Shown piece by piece: positions 13,234-24,997 of a stretch of DNA of 64,000 nt (its first letter is position 1; the number at the start of each line of letters is the position of its first letter). Made by a program: the position numbers and the translations under genes. The stretch covers positions 136,586,001 to 136,650,000 of the forward strand of contig OZ024742.1 of NCBI GenBank assembly GCA_964016885.1. Reading direction: 5' to 3'. The notes under the pieces were generated by a model, which was not told the DNA's origin, did no database searches, and was given only the letters and a program-made list of their open reading frames with translations. The DNA comes from Eledone cirrhosa. Lineage: Eukaryota.

Positions 13234-13260
13234 TAGGTATATATATATATATATATATAC
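12765..13260. repeat. Degenerate (TA)n microsatellite cluster
   Basis: Direct inspection; short unique spacer at ~12910-12970. Confidence 0.85.
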
Positions 13261-14258
13261 CTATCTGTATGTGTTTATATCATTATCATCATCACTTTTA
13301 CGCCCATCTTTCCAGGCTTGCATGGGTAGCTGAAGGTATCATGCAATAGCATAGAACTCAAAATGAGGCGGTTGCATTGAAAACTACTTTAAAATGCAGC
13401 TATGTCTGCAAATATATTACTACCAAAATAATTTAAGAAGTTTTCCGTACAATCACATGGATTTAGTAGTTTTTAATAAAGTTTTTGAAAGATTTATTAA
13501 ATCTATTTTTTAAGATTATTATTGAAGTTTAAATATAAAAATTATTTAAAATGAAAGAAATCCTTATTAATATTTTTTTTATTTCATTTGGGATTTTAAT
13601 TTAACTTTTTTTTACCAATTACATTTTAGTTTTATAGAAATATCTTAATTTGTTGCACTTCTTGTGACATTGATAAATTACTTTTACAAAAAATAGGGTG
13701 AAAAGTAACAACTGGAATTCACATTTTCTTAAATTGTAAATGGATGGGAATACATTTGAAATGCTAAAAAAAATTTGAATCAAAATTGCAATACCTCTTT
13801 TATAATATTATTTAAGCTTCAAAATCCTTTTCATAATATTTTATCAGAATTTTATCCCCTTATTGTGGGTTTCTTTTTTAATCACCGTCAAAAATAACCA
13901 TTACTAGAATCACATCAGTAATAATGATTCACGTAAAATTTCTCCTCAGAAAAATAACATCAGATTTAGAGAAACCTGCTATAAATATCATTTTTTTCTT
14001 CACAATTTCTGCACAGAATTATGTGCAAGCATGCACATGCAAATTATATATTCAGTTTAAAACTAGGCATATTCTGAAACTGGTAATTTTCCTTTAAAAC
14101 ATATTTACTTCCTTTAAGATCAAACTAATACATATATATTTCTTGTAAACACAATTAGACATTTGATTGTAGATAGAGATATCTTTTAAAGTAAAATTCA
14201 TGGATTGTTCCATGAGGTTACTTATATATACTGCTTCAGTACTCATTTATTCTATGTA

Positions 14259-14313
14259 GACCCATCCAACCCTTGCTAGAAAGGGGAAAGTGGATATCAA
14301 AACGATGATGATG

Positions 14314-14400
<87 letters not shown>
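14259..14400 (+). repeat. SINE 3' tail followed by (CA)n
   Basis: ccatccaacccttgctag...ggatatcaaaacgatgatgatg then about 40 CA units. Confidence 0.75.
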
Positions 14401-14401
<1 letters not shown>

Positions 14402-15386
14402 AGTATCTGTCTGTATATCATCAACATCAACTGATGTCAAGAACCTAGGCAAGGTTTTAGCTGTCATCCAACACCTGAAATTTTTATAGTCCAATTACTG
14501 CATCAGATAAGGCACTAAACCCCTCCAGTATGGGTAATTTGTCATGCTAACATCAGCTTATGATTACAAGATTTAGCAAAAGACCAGCAGTATCTATAGA
14601 AGTGCAGATATCTTCCATAGAGAGTATTTTGCACCATACCAAAAATATCTTGGCATGACTACATCAGAAATGAAGATGCCATGCTGTATATACTTGTTTA
14701 TATCACATACAATTTTAATTATATATTGGCTTTATTATTTAACTCATGAAGCCTAGAGCAAGTTTTAATGATGAATCAGATATGGAACACCTGTCACACC
14801 TTTTTCACTTTTTCATTTGGAAATCAATACATCATCATCATCATACGTCCCTATATATATAATTCATGTTACTGTTATTTCATCAAGTGAAGGCACATGG
14901 TTTAGTAGTTAGAAAATTGGATTTACCATCATGAGAATGTGGGTTTGATTCCATATTTTATGTCATGTTGCTCCCAGAATTTATAACTGGTAGATAGTAT
15001 CAGCAATGGAAAAACCAATGGAAACTGTGTTTGCTTGGTCTAATTTGATGAGTTCTGCTCTACTCGGTAAGTGTGTGAGGTCTGGAATTTTGTCAATCAT
15101 TTCCTAAGTTCTCATTTATCTCGTTTTGTGAGGGTTTTTTTGTAGTTATGAGTCCATCATATTTCTGGGAATACAACATTGGCTCAAAAGATTGACAATT
15201 GTTTTAGTGTTGATGTCAATATGAAATGCAACCAGGACATTATGTAAAATGTTTAATATTAGGAAGAGTGTCCAACTATAGAAACAAAGTGTAATGTATA
15301 AGTGTTAATTAGATTTAATTGTAAAATATGTCCATGGGAAAAGCATATGTAGAAGTAGCTTAGATTTTTAAACATGAAATCTTTGT

Positions 15387-15750
15387 CATCATCATCATCA
15401 TCATCAACGTTTAACGTCCGTGTTCCACGCTTGCATGGGTTTGGACGGAGGTTTTCCCACTTGAGGCAAGAGTGATTATCTTGCTCGCATAGGACTATCT
15501 GGCGGGTTTTCTACAGCTGGATGCCCTTCCTAACACCAACCACATTTACAGTGTGGGGCTGGGAGGTTTTTACCGTGTTGCCTACACGGCCACATTACAG
15601 CGTGGACTGTCTGGCGGGTTTTCTACAGCTGGATGCCCTTCCTAACACCAACCACATTTACAGTGTGGGGCTGGGAGGTTTTTACCGTGTTGCCTACACG
15701 GCCACATTACAGCGTGAACTGTGTGTTTTTTTACGTGACACCTACATGAT
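15387..15750 (-). mobile_element. SINE (CAT-tailed family) with internal 112 bp tandem duplication
   Basis: (CAT)n-cgtttaacgtcc tail; units start at 15492 and 15604; sibling copy at 17425-17685. Confidence 0.85.
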
Positions 15751-17226
15751 CTCATTTATTTCGGCCTGGATTACTCACTATATATCAGACCGGCAAGACT
15801 GCAGTGGTGCTGAATAGAGGAGTCACAACACCTCTATCTAGACCACATTTTTTGTTCTGCCTTTGGGCGCAAGTATGAATAAGTTCTGCTTGCATCCCAC
15901 TCTTGGCAGTTTTGTGTAGATGTAAACTCGTTCAACTGCTGTTTTCTCTAACTTATTTTTTATACCAGCCCAGGCAACACTGGATTTGGTTCTATGAAAC
16001 ACACATATACATTTTACGATGGTTCCTATTAAAATTAAATTCATATGTTTTTATAAGAGCCACATATTAAGTTAATATCTTGACGATGAAATAATTAATA
16101 ATTTTAAGACATCCAAAATAGTACTTAATTAATTAATTGGAATATTCTGTATTTCATTAGAAATACTGTTATGAAAAGGTTAAATAATAATATACTTGCT
16201 ACAAACTGGCAACTTATGTTACCCACAATACTTCATTCTTTGTAGCATACTTATTCTTCACATGATATATACAACAAAAACTAATACAATTTTGGTAAAA
16301 AATAAAAATTAAAAAAAAGAGAATGTTTAACCCTTCCATATTACTACTAGATTCAGTTTGTTTGTTTTTTAATTCTTCCTAATTTGAATTCAAAGAAAAA
16401 ACTAGTTTCTTTTATTCAATTCAATTAACAAAATATTTCAGTTTAATAAAAGAGACTAAACACAAATGTTGATATAAAGATAATAAAAAAAAAATACCCA
16501 CAACATTCCACTCTGAAAAAAAATACATCAATATACACATATACATTTATAAAAGCATACATTATACACACACACACACATATATACATACACACAGACA
16601 CACATATATATACACACACACAGATACACACATACACACACATGCACAAACACATATATATATGTTAATGCGTATGTTTCTAAGAAAAGCAATATGTGTG
16701 TATTTTTGTTTTATTTTAGTTCAAAAAGCAAAAAAAATGCATCCAGACAATTTGAACTAAAAGTATCTTTGATTAATATAATACCAAATAAAAATTCAAT
16801 TAGTTTGATAAAGAAACTTTGAAAGCCTCTGTCTAGTGGCATTTTGTATGTAAGGCAATGCACTGAGAAAGTAATGCGTCTATTGCTTCTATTTTAATGG
16901 GTGTGGAGTGGAAAAAAATGAACACAAATGATTAAATAAATAATATATAAATATATAGACAAATAGTACGATATAATCAATTATATATTGATCTGTTATT
17001 TAGTTATTTATTGCTTTCATTGGAAGTGGAGCAGTATTAAAATTGATTAAATTCTTGTCTTATCTCATCTATTTCCCATAAGCAATGAAATTTGTTAACT
17101 AGTTCTTTGGTAATCTGGGAGTGGAATCAAAATGGACCAGCATACCACTATATTATATTTCTTGCAGTCAATTTCACTGGTGTTGTGTGTGTGTTTATGC
17201 ATGGTGGTTGTGTGTGTAAGTATGTT

Positions 17227-17230
<4 letters not shown>

Positions 17231-17266
<36 letters not shown>
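17231..17266. repeat. (GA)n microsatellite
   Basis: Direct inspection. Confidence 0.95.
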
Positions 17267-17272
<6 letters not shown>

Positions 17273-17385
17273 CATGTGTGTATCAAGCATGAGAGATGGT
17301 TTACTTAGCTGTCAAGAATAGGTAGCAGTTCTGTCCAAAAAGCATAATTGCATAGACATCCACAGATAAATATATATGGGCCAAA

Positions 17386-17424
<39 letters not shown>

Positions 17425-17426
<2 letters not shown>

Positions 17427-17685
17427 CATCATCATCATCATCATCATCATCATCGTTTAACGTCCATCTTCCACGCTTGCATGGGTTTGGACGGGAGTTT
17501 TCCCACTTGAGGCAAGAGTGGTTGTCTTGCTCGCATAGGACTGTCTGGCGGGTTTTCTACGGGTGGATGCCCTTCCTAACACCAACCACGTTTACAGTGT
17601 GGGGCTGGGAGGTTTTTACCGTGTTACCTACACGGCCACATTACAGCGTGGACTGTGTGTTTTTTTGTCATGACACCTACACGAC
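17425..17685 (-). mobile_element. SINE (CAT-tailed family), 5'-truncated
   Basis: Highly similar to 15387-15750 without the duplication; lies between (CA)n and (TA)n. Confidence 0.85.
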
Positions 17686-17744
<59 letters not shown>

Positions 17745-17870
17745 CAATACTCATCTTTTTCCATTTCTTAGAGGGTTCTAAACCCCCACTATCAGGATAT
17801 AAAATATGGTGAAAGCTTCTATTTCTACTTTCAAATTCACTCACTGTTTGAAAACAAACTTGCTTATATA

Positions 17871-17910
<40 letters not shown>

Positions 17911-19588
17911 ATGTATATGTGTGTGTGTAAGTGTACATATATATAAATACATAATATATATTATATACATTTCTTTCAGCACTAAGGTTAAATTAAAAAA
18001 AAACAAAAAAAACATTTAGAATGTAAGAAACATGTACATGTTGGTAAGAAACATGTACATGTAGACAGCAGCAAGAATATCACTCTACATCACAGCCAGA
18101 CATACCAACTGTTTTAGTCATCTCATGTTGGAATTAAGCAGAACAGCACGATCAAATTTATTTTTAAATTTTTTTTTCCCCAGGCTTTGTTTGTAAAATA
18201 TATATATATATATTTTTTTAATGTAACCCATATATATGCGCTTTTCCTATTTATTATGTAATCATTGGCATACATGTGAGTTTGTATGATATATATATGT
18301 GTGCAGGGCGGTGTATATCTGTATATCTATATATAAGTGTATATATTATATATATAAATATATATATATATATATTGTGTCTGTTGCCAATTTTGATATC
18401 AAAATTGACAACAGATACAATTAACATCTGACACAAGCACAGAGACAGGTGGATAGGGGATGAAATGGTATAAATATAATACAAGATTGTAACAACTATA
18501 AGAAATTTGTGGTCATCATGTGTCGAAAATGATTTACAGGGTTTTCACCACTGCAGGCTGTACAGCTGGTCATATAAGCGTCACAGTCATTTACAAGATA
18601 GTTAAACACTGTCCAGGAATATTTTACTAGATGAAGAATTAGACAAAAATAGAGTATGGAATACGAACATGGATGATATAGTAAACATGACATATGAATC
18701 AGAACTTATGAGAATTTACAATTCATTAACAAATAATTAAATAAATGATTGTTCAACATTTAAATTGAACAATGTTTGATGAAGATAGGAAGTTAGACTT
18801 ATGGAGAGAAAACCAAGACTCAGAATATCTGATGCATGGAGAGGAAATGGTGGCTTACTAGTAGGCACGTCTACTATATATATATGCGTGTGTGTGTGTT
18901 TATGTACATATATATGCATGTATATGTGGGGCATTATACATTCAGAATTTAGTGAATGTTAACATCCCTGTCATGCAAACAAAATATACACCCAGCAGTT
19001 ATTGTAACATTTTTAGCATTGCATGTATGCATATTATACACAATCTATTCCTGATTATGCAACATGCTTTATACCCAGCATTTAATACTTAATATTTAAG
19101 AAAAGCAGCATAATGTTTTACATGGACTAAGTTAGATAGAATTTATTTGTGTTCATATCTGTATGCAGCACATTATCAAGTTATGTGCATTTAATAAAGC
19201 TATGTACATATAATATTATGTATGTTGCCCATGTAATGTATGTGAGCAATGGCAAGCTGTATGCATATACAGACCCTTTTCTTTTTGTAGAATCGAAAGA
19301 AGCGCAAGAGAAACGTTGTAGTACTAACGCCTAGTTGCAAATAGCTAATTTGTTTGAATCACTAACTTTATTTGCTTAAAATATATTACTAACACCACGT
19401 TTTTTCTTTGTTATCAATCACTCATTATCTCAGTTATTGTTCTTATTATTAATATTATTATTATTATTATTTATATCAATTATATTATTATTATCATTAT
19501 TATTATTTATATCATCACTATTATTATTATTATTAACATCATGATCATTATTATTATTACTATTTTGCATAAACTAGTCATTATTCAA

Positions 19589-19724
19589 AATAATGATTTT
19601 CTTTCACAGGCACTATGCCAGAAATTTGGAGGAAGAGTAGTACAGTATATTACATCAGCTTCAACCTCTAGTATATGGCTGGTACTTATTTCATCAACTC
19701 CCCACACATATGAAAGGCAAAGTT
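19589..19724 (-). mobile_element. Degenerate Nin-domain SINE
   Basis: ctggtacttatttcatcaactcc...atgaaaggcaaagtt resembles the Nin domain on the minus strand. Confidence 0.55.
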
Positions 19725-19734
19725 CCCAACTAAC

Positions 19735-19968
19735 CCTGCTGCTGAACAGGAAAAACTTCTCTCTCCCCTCGTTCTTAAAGCACTGCCAGATCAATGGCCT
19801 TTTGAAAATGGTCCATAATATATTTCCTAAATCAAACCTTTTCGAGAAGAGACTACTGTTCTCGCTGAGATCCAGGACAATTTCCAAGTCATTGTTACTC
19901 ATACTATCCATTAATCCTCTAAATAATATGAGGATTGAATTTCTACCAAGCTCATGAAGAGCTGGTAC
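19735..19968 (-). mobile_element. Possible CR1-like LINE fragment (APE endonuclease C-terminus/linker)
   Basis: GRNSILILF...MSNNDLEIV...RFDLGN...IWQCFKNEG..F resembles RGNNILDLIF...LGNSDH..V...YDF.K...VDW..F; highly diverged. Confidence 0.3.
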
Positions 19969-20559
19969 AATGAGTGTCTGACAATATAAAAAATGTGGTT
20001 GTGGACTCAGTGATTATTTTAATGTGCAGTTGACATTTGTACAATTGTCAATCTCATTTCGTGCAAAAAGATTACATCGTGCAAAAAGATTACAAAAAGA
20101 TAACATGTCAAATTCTACGTATGCTTAAATGATTATTAAAACAATTGTTATACCTCAGAGGTCAATTAACTCCTGTATAGTAACAGACTGGATTCAGTAT
20201 GTTGGATTTCACTATATTCCTCAATAAATATGGGACTTTATGCTAGTTGTAGAAATGAGCCTGATTAATATAAATGACATGTTGCTAGAACTGTTAGAGA
20301 AACTCACAAACTGCCTCAGTGTTTAAGTTCACACCCCACCAGTGGTGATCAAACTTATCTTTCTTCAGGAGATAAAGCATAAATGACCATCATTCATGAA
20401 GCAATTAGACACCTCCACAAATATGTGTCCTTTGCTTATATTAGAAATTATAATTTTTATTATTATTAACATAACATAGCTACATCCTTTATCATTGCTA
20501 TAATCATTATTATGATATTACTCTTATATTATTATGGTTATTTATTTTATCCTTCAATG

Positions 20560-20662
20560 ATTGATAAACTAAAAGTACCAGTCAAATACTCAGGTTGATT
20601 TGATTGATTATCCTTTCCTCCAATATTGCTGGCCTTTGCCTAAATTAGAAACCATTATTATT
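20560..20662 (+). mobile_element. Nin-domain SINE 3' fragment
   Basis: gataaactaaaagtaccag...ttgctggcctttgcctaaattagaaaccattatta. Confidence 0.55.
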
Positions 20663-21287
20663 GTAATTAAATTCAAGCAAATTAGCTGAAATGGTATGAA
20701 CTGAATGCCTCACAATATTTGTTTCTTTAGTTTGTCAGTTTAAATCCTGCCAGAGTCTACATCACTTTTCATTACATGAGGATTGATAAAATCTGTATTA
20801 AAATATATATAGATGACAAATAAATTGGTAGATATGAAAGTAGATCAAAGCATGCGAGAGAAGAAAGGGGAAAAGAGATATATTATTAAAAAATAAACAA
20901 AACAGAAAAGGAGAGCATAAAACCAGGATAATAATGTCTGCATGTGTTTGAGTATCCATATTCAATCAAGCAGCTATGATGATAAAAAATATTTTCTATA
21001 GGATGACATTTAACACAGGCGCCATCCTATTGAGTTGAGTATCACTGCTGCTGTTATTATATCTACTATTGTTATTATAATCACCTTCATTTCCCACCTC
21101 CCTTTCTAAGTATCCACTGCTGCAGGAGTTTCCTATGTCTCCTTACCACCTTTTTCACAAATTGTTTACTATCAAGCAGTGAGATCTACTGCCTCCTTTG
21201 GCAGTGTCCAGATGTTTTCTACTGGTTGTGATTAAAGGTGTGTAGGAACGAATCCTATGTACATATATATGCATATGTGGATGCATT

Positions 21288-21325
<38 letters not shown>

Positions 21326-21683
21326 TGAAATGAAGGCATTGGATATGACCAAAAAATCTTCGATCACTTTCCCACTCGCTCGATGTTTTAATTAAGCTTG
21401 TATCTTTAGGATACCAACCCAAATGAAAACAGAGTGCACTCTAATAAGTTAAATAATGAGAAGGACGATTTCATGGGGTTAGAGAATTAGATTCCTTATA
21501 TATATATATATATATATTGAAAGTTTTCACTTCAACATAGTTGAATACATATAAGTATGTGAATTGTGTATATCTAATGATAAAGGGTATGTTTAAAATA
21601 TTTGGAAAGCCTTTAAGATATGAATATCAAAAAGCTGACAGCTAGCACAGTCTAGTGGATTGCACCAGAAGTAGTGAGGGACA

Positions 21684-21724
21684 ACTGCCAAGGCATTTCT
21701 AGCTCTGGCCATCATCAGGACAGT
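21684..21724 (-). ncRNA. Minimal type I hammerhead ribozyme motif
   Basis: Minus strand: actgtc-CTGATGA-tggc(caga)gcta-GAAA-tgcc-TT-ggcagt; 6 bp stem I and 4 bp stem II pair. Confidence 0.65.
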
Positions 21725-22019
21725 GCTTCCCCTGCTCTCTGCTGGAATTTGAAACAGGCAAAATATATAGTTTTTCACCTACATGGATAGGCTGATTAGC
21801 CTCATTTGCATATGGAGCTTGTCAAGCCAGCTCAGCTTGAAAGTAGAATTAAAGTTTTCACTTCAACATAGCTGTGTGCATATATGTATTTGAATTTTGT
21901 ATACCTAATGATTATATGGTATGTTTACAAATAAACTTTTGGAAACTCTTTAGCTATAAACATTGAAAAGCTGATGGCTAGCACTGTCTAGTGGATTATA
22001 GCAGAATTTGTGGGGAACA

Positions 22020-22060
22020 ACTCCCTACATGTTTCTGGCTGTGGCTGTCATCAGGATTGA
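22020..22060 (-). ncRNA. Minimal hammerhead ribozyme motif with decayed stems
   Basis: Minus strand: tcaatc-CTGATGA-cagc(caca)gcca-GAAA-catg-TA-gggagt; intact core, palindromic ACATGT stem III. Confidence 0.55.
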
Positions 22061-22225
22061 GCTTCCCCTGATATATACTGGAATTTGAAACAGGTGAAAA
22101 TATATAGTATTTTCGCCTGTACATATGTTTGTATGTATGTACATATATATATGCATTCATGCATGCACATATGTTGTATGTATACACAATCACTAATATA
22201 TATATATATACAATGTATGAACAGC

Positions 22226-22282
22226 AATGAATTCATTATCCTAATCATTGGGGTTAATGAATTCATTATCCTAATCATTGGG
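22226..22282. repeat. 30 bp tandem duplication
   Basis: aatgaattcattatcctaatcattggg at 22226 and 22256. Confidence 0.9.
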
Positions 22283-23164
22283 ATTGATTCAATCAACTAA
22301 GTTGCTTCCCAACAAATTTCTAGATCTCAACTAATGTATTTTTTTTATCTTCATTCTCTATCATTTCTGTTTAAATTTTCGTTATTGCATTTGTGTTAAT
22401 AAAGGTCATATCGGTAATGAACTGGAGTCAACAAAATTCTGTAGATTTGTAGACTGCTGTCAATGCAAGAAAGTTGTTACTATTTTCATAATGATCATAA
22501 TGATTCCCACTATAAGCAATATATAACTGCTACTGTGCACAAAAATATCCTAAATCTCATCCTAAAATATGTCATTGAAACAATGCCATAGCTAATGCCT
22601 GGAATAGTCCTTGAATTTAGTGCCTCCACCCATGAACATTACACAAAACTATTTCATTCCTCAAAACTAACTTGAACTTCTTTCCTATATCCACATTCTT
22701 TCTGCAGGTAAAAATATCTTTTATATGATTAACAAACTTTGTGCATTTACCTTAAAACATCCCTTTTCCTAAAGTCTTAAAAGTTAACAACAATCAGATA
22801 GCATTCTATAAAAGATAAGCTATTTCATGAAAGTCCAGATTCTATGCAAAGCAAAGACGAATCCTGCCATGTTTAAAACATAACAGTATGAGTCACCAAC
22901 ATGATTATTATAGATCATCTAATGATATTTCCCATAGTTGCTGATGCATTTATTAAATATTTGTTCATCATTATCATCTTTTATTCCTATTATTAACATT
23001 TTATTACATCAGTATTTTGTTGGGTATACATTAATTATTCTTCACCTTTGTAACCAGGATGCTTAATTGTGCTCCATATAACAAAAATATGAGTGTGTGG
23101 TTAATTTGAAAAGGTGTACTCTCTGTGTAGGTGTGCGTGTGTATAAACACAATATTGATAGTGT

Positions 23165-23270
23165 ATAGCCAAGTAATTAGTGTGTTTGTCACTTAGTCAT
23201 AAGGTCTAGGGTTTGATTCTTTGAGACAGTGGGTAGTGTTCTTGAGCAAGGCATTTCATGTCACTGAGAT
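23165..23270 (+). mobile_element. Degenerate CORE-like SINE head
   Basis: gggtttgattc B-box-like motif followed by gtgttcttgagcaaggcatttc core. Confidence 0.5.
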
Positions 23271-23377
23271 CCTATTAGTAAAACAGTCAAGAAACCTCTT
23301 TGATACAAACTTGTAGGAGGCCAACTAAATCTGCATAGGTGTGAGCTGTAAATTTCATGCATGTATCAAGTTTGTAA

Positions 23378-23433
<56 letters not shown>

Positions 23434-23482
23434 TAAGGTTTCAATACAAATGCATGCAGCCGAAGGTTTCAAACTTCAACTA

Positions 23483-23567
23483 ACAGAATATAGTCATTCT
23501 ATATCTGCTAGTTTAGTGATTGTTTGGCAAAACCTGAAGTAGCAGATATAGAATGTCTATATCCTGT
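23483..23567. repeat. Short hairpin (28 bp arms), MITE relic or small-RNA-like stem-loop
   Basis: acagaatatagtcattctatatctgcta pairs with tagcagatatagaatgtctatatcctgt, 2 mismatches. Confidence 0.75.
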
Positions 23568-24711
23568 GCTGGCAACTTACATTTGTGTTGATATCTTATT
23601 CATATAATATGTATTGACTCTGTGTATTACATAAAACATTTTTATTCCTTGATCTGTTTTTCTTGGTATTATATATACATAATCCCTTGTAATTATTGTA
23701 AATCAAGGGATTTATCTCTCTCTATCTTTCTCCCTCAGTCTCTGAACATTTCTTTCCCCTACTCTATCTCTCCCTCCATCTCTCTAGCAGGCATAGCTTG
23801 TAAAGACAAACTGAGCAAGGTTACCATTAATTGTAGTAGGAGAGGTAATGATAGAATTCACACTATTTTAATGTGCTCACCTTTTTCTTCTCATGCAAGT
23901 GTGTTTGTGTTTCTTGCACAAACATTTGAATAATTAGAAGGTGTGCAGAATAGTGGTTAAGATATTGTGTTTTTGAAGAAAATATTTCTATATTACTCCA
24001 TCTGACGGTAGCCATGTCCAATTGATAGTAACAATAATGGAAAGTCTAATAGAAACAGAGTTTCTTTTGTCCAATCTTGTTACTTAGGAAGCTTCAGCTC
24101 CTATTGAAGCCTATGTATGTATATATATATAAATGTGTATGTATATATATATCTATATATGTATGTATATATGTATATATATAGAGATATATATATATAC
24201 ATACACATTTATATATATATACATACTCACACATATTAATTGATACATACTTAATGTGTACCAAACACACGCATACACCCATTGAATTACATATGTATCC
24301 ATATATGTCTTTGAAAAAGAAAAATGATATTCACATGGACATATATTTACATACATATATACCTTTTCTAAACCCTATTTTTTAAATAATTTCACCAAAT
24401 AGCAAATGTTTGAAAACATTATTTTTCTGAAATTTATCATGGATAGCTTTTTTTTATATGATATATTTATAATTTTCTATTACCATCATCATATTCATAT
24501 TCATCATTATTATTATTAATATTATTAATTATTATTGATATTATTGTTTTTGCTATTTTTATTACTTTTCATTATTTATATTTGTCTTCATCATATTCAT
24601 TGTGCATATCATGATTAATAATGTTATATCAATACATATATATATATTTGTCATTGTTATGTTCTGTTAAATTCTTAATGCTTGTACAATGAGTTGCTAT
24701 AGCAGCAACAA

Positions 24712-24740
24712 TATGTATATATGTATATATAAGTATATAC

Positions 24741-24782
<42 letters not shown>

Positions 24783-24785
24783 ATA

Positions 24786-24834
<49 letters not shown>

Positions 24835-24881
24835 ATATATTTATATACATATATACATATATATATATATATGTATGTATG

Positions 24882-24942
<61 letters not shown>

Positions 24943-24943
24943 G

Positions 24944-24976
<33 letters not shown>

Positions 24977-24997
24977 TTATGTGTATGTATATATGTA
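24712..24997. repeat. Degenerate (TA)n microsatellite
   Basis: Direct inspection. Confidence 0.95.

Larger units (their letters stand above)
21520..22123 (-). mobile_element. ~331 bp diverged tandem repeat (about 1.8 units), Penelope pLTR or retrozyme-like
   Basis: aaagttttcacttcaacatag starts units at 21520 and 21851; each unit carries a hammerhead motif; flanked by TA-rich repeats. Confidence 0.65.

Noticed and set aside
15492-15722. Repeat-spacer or CRISPR-like periodicity
   Set aside because: Whole units are duplicated with no unique spacers, and the context is a eukaryotic SINE.
21375-21415. Minus-strand CTAAAGA...AAAACATC hammerhead-like string
   Set aside because: Both core boxes are mutated and the stems do not pair convincingly.
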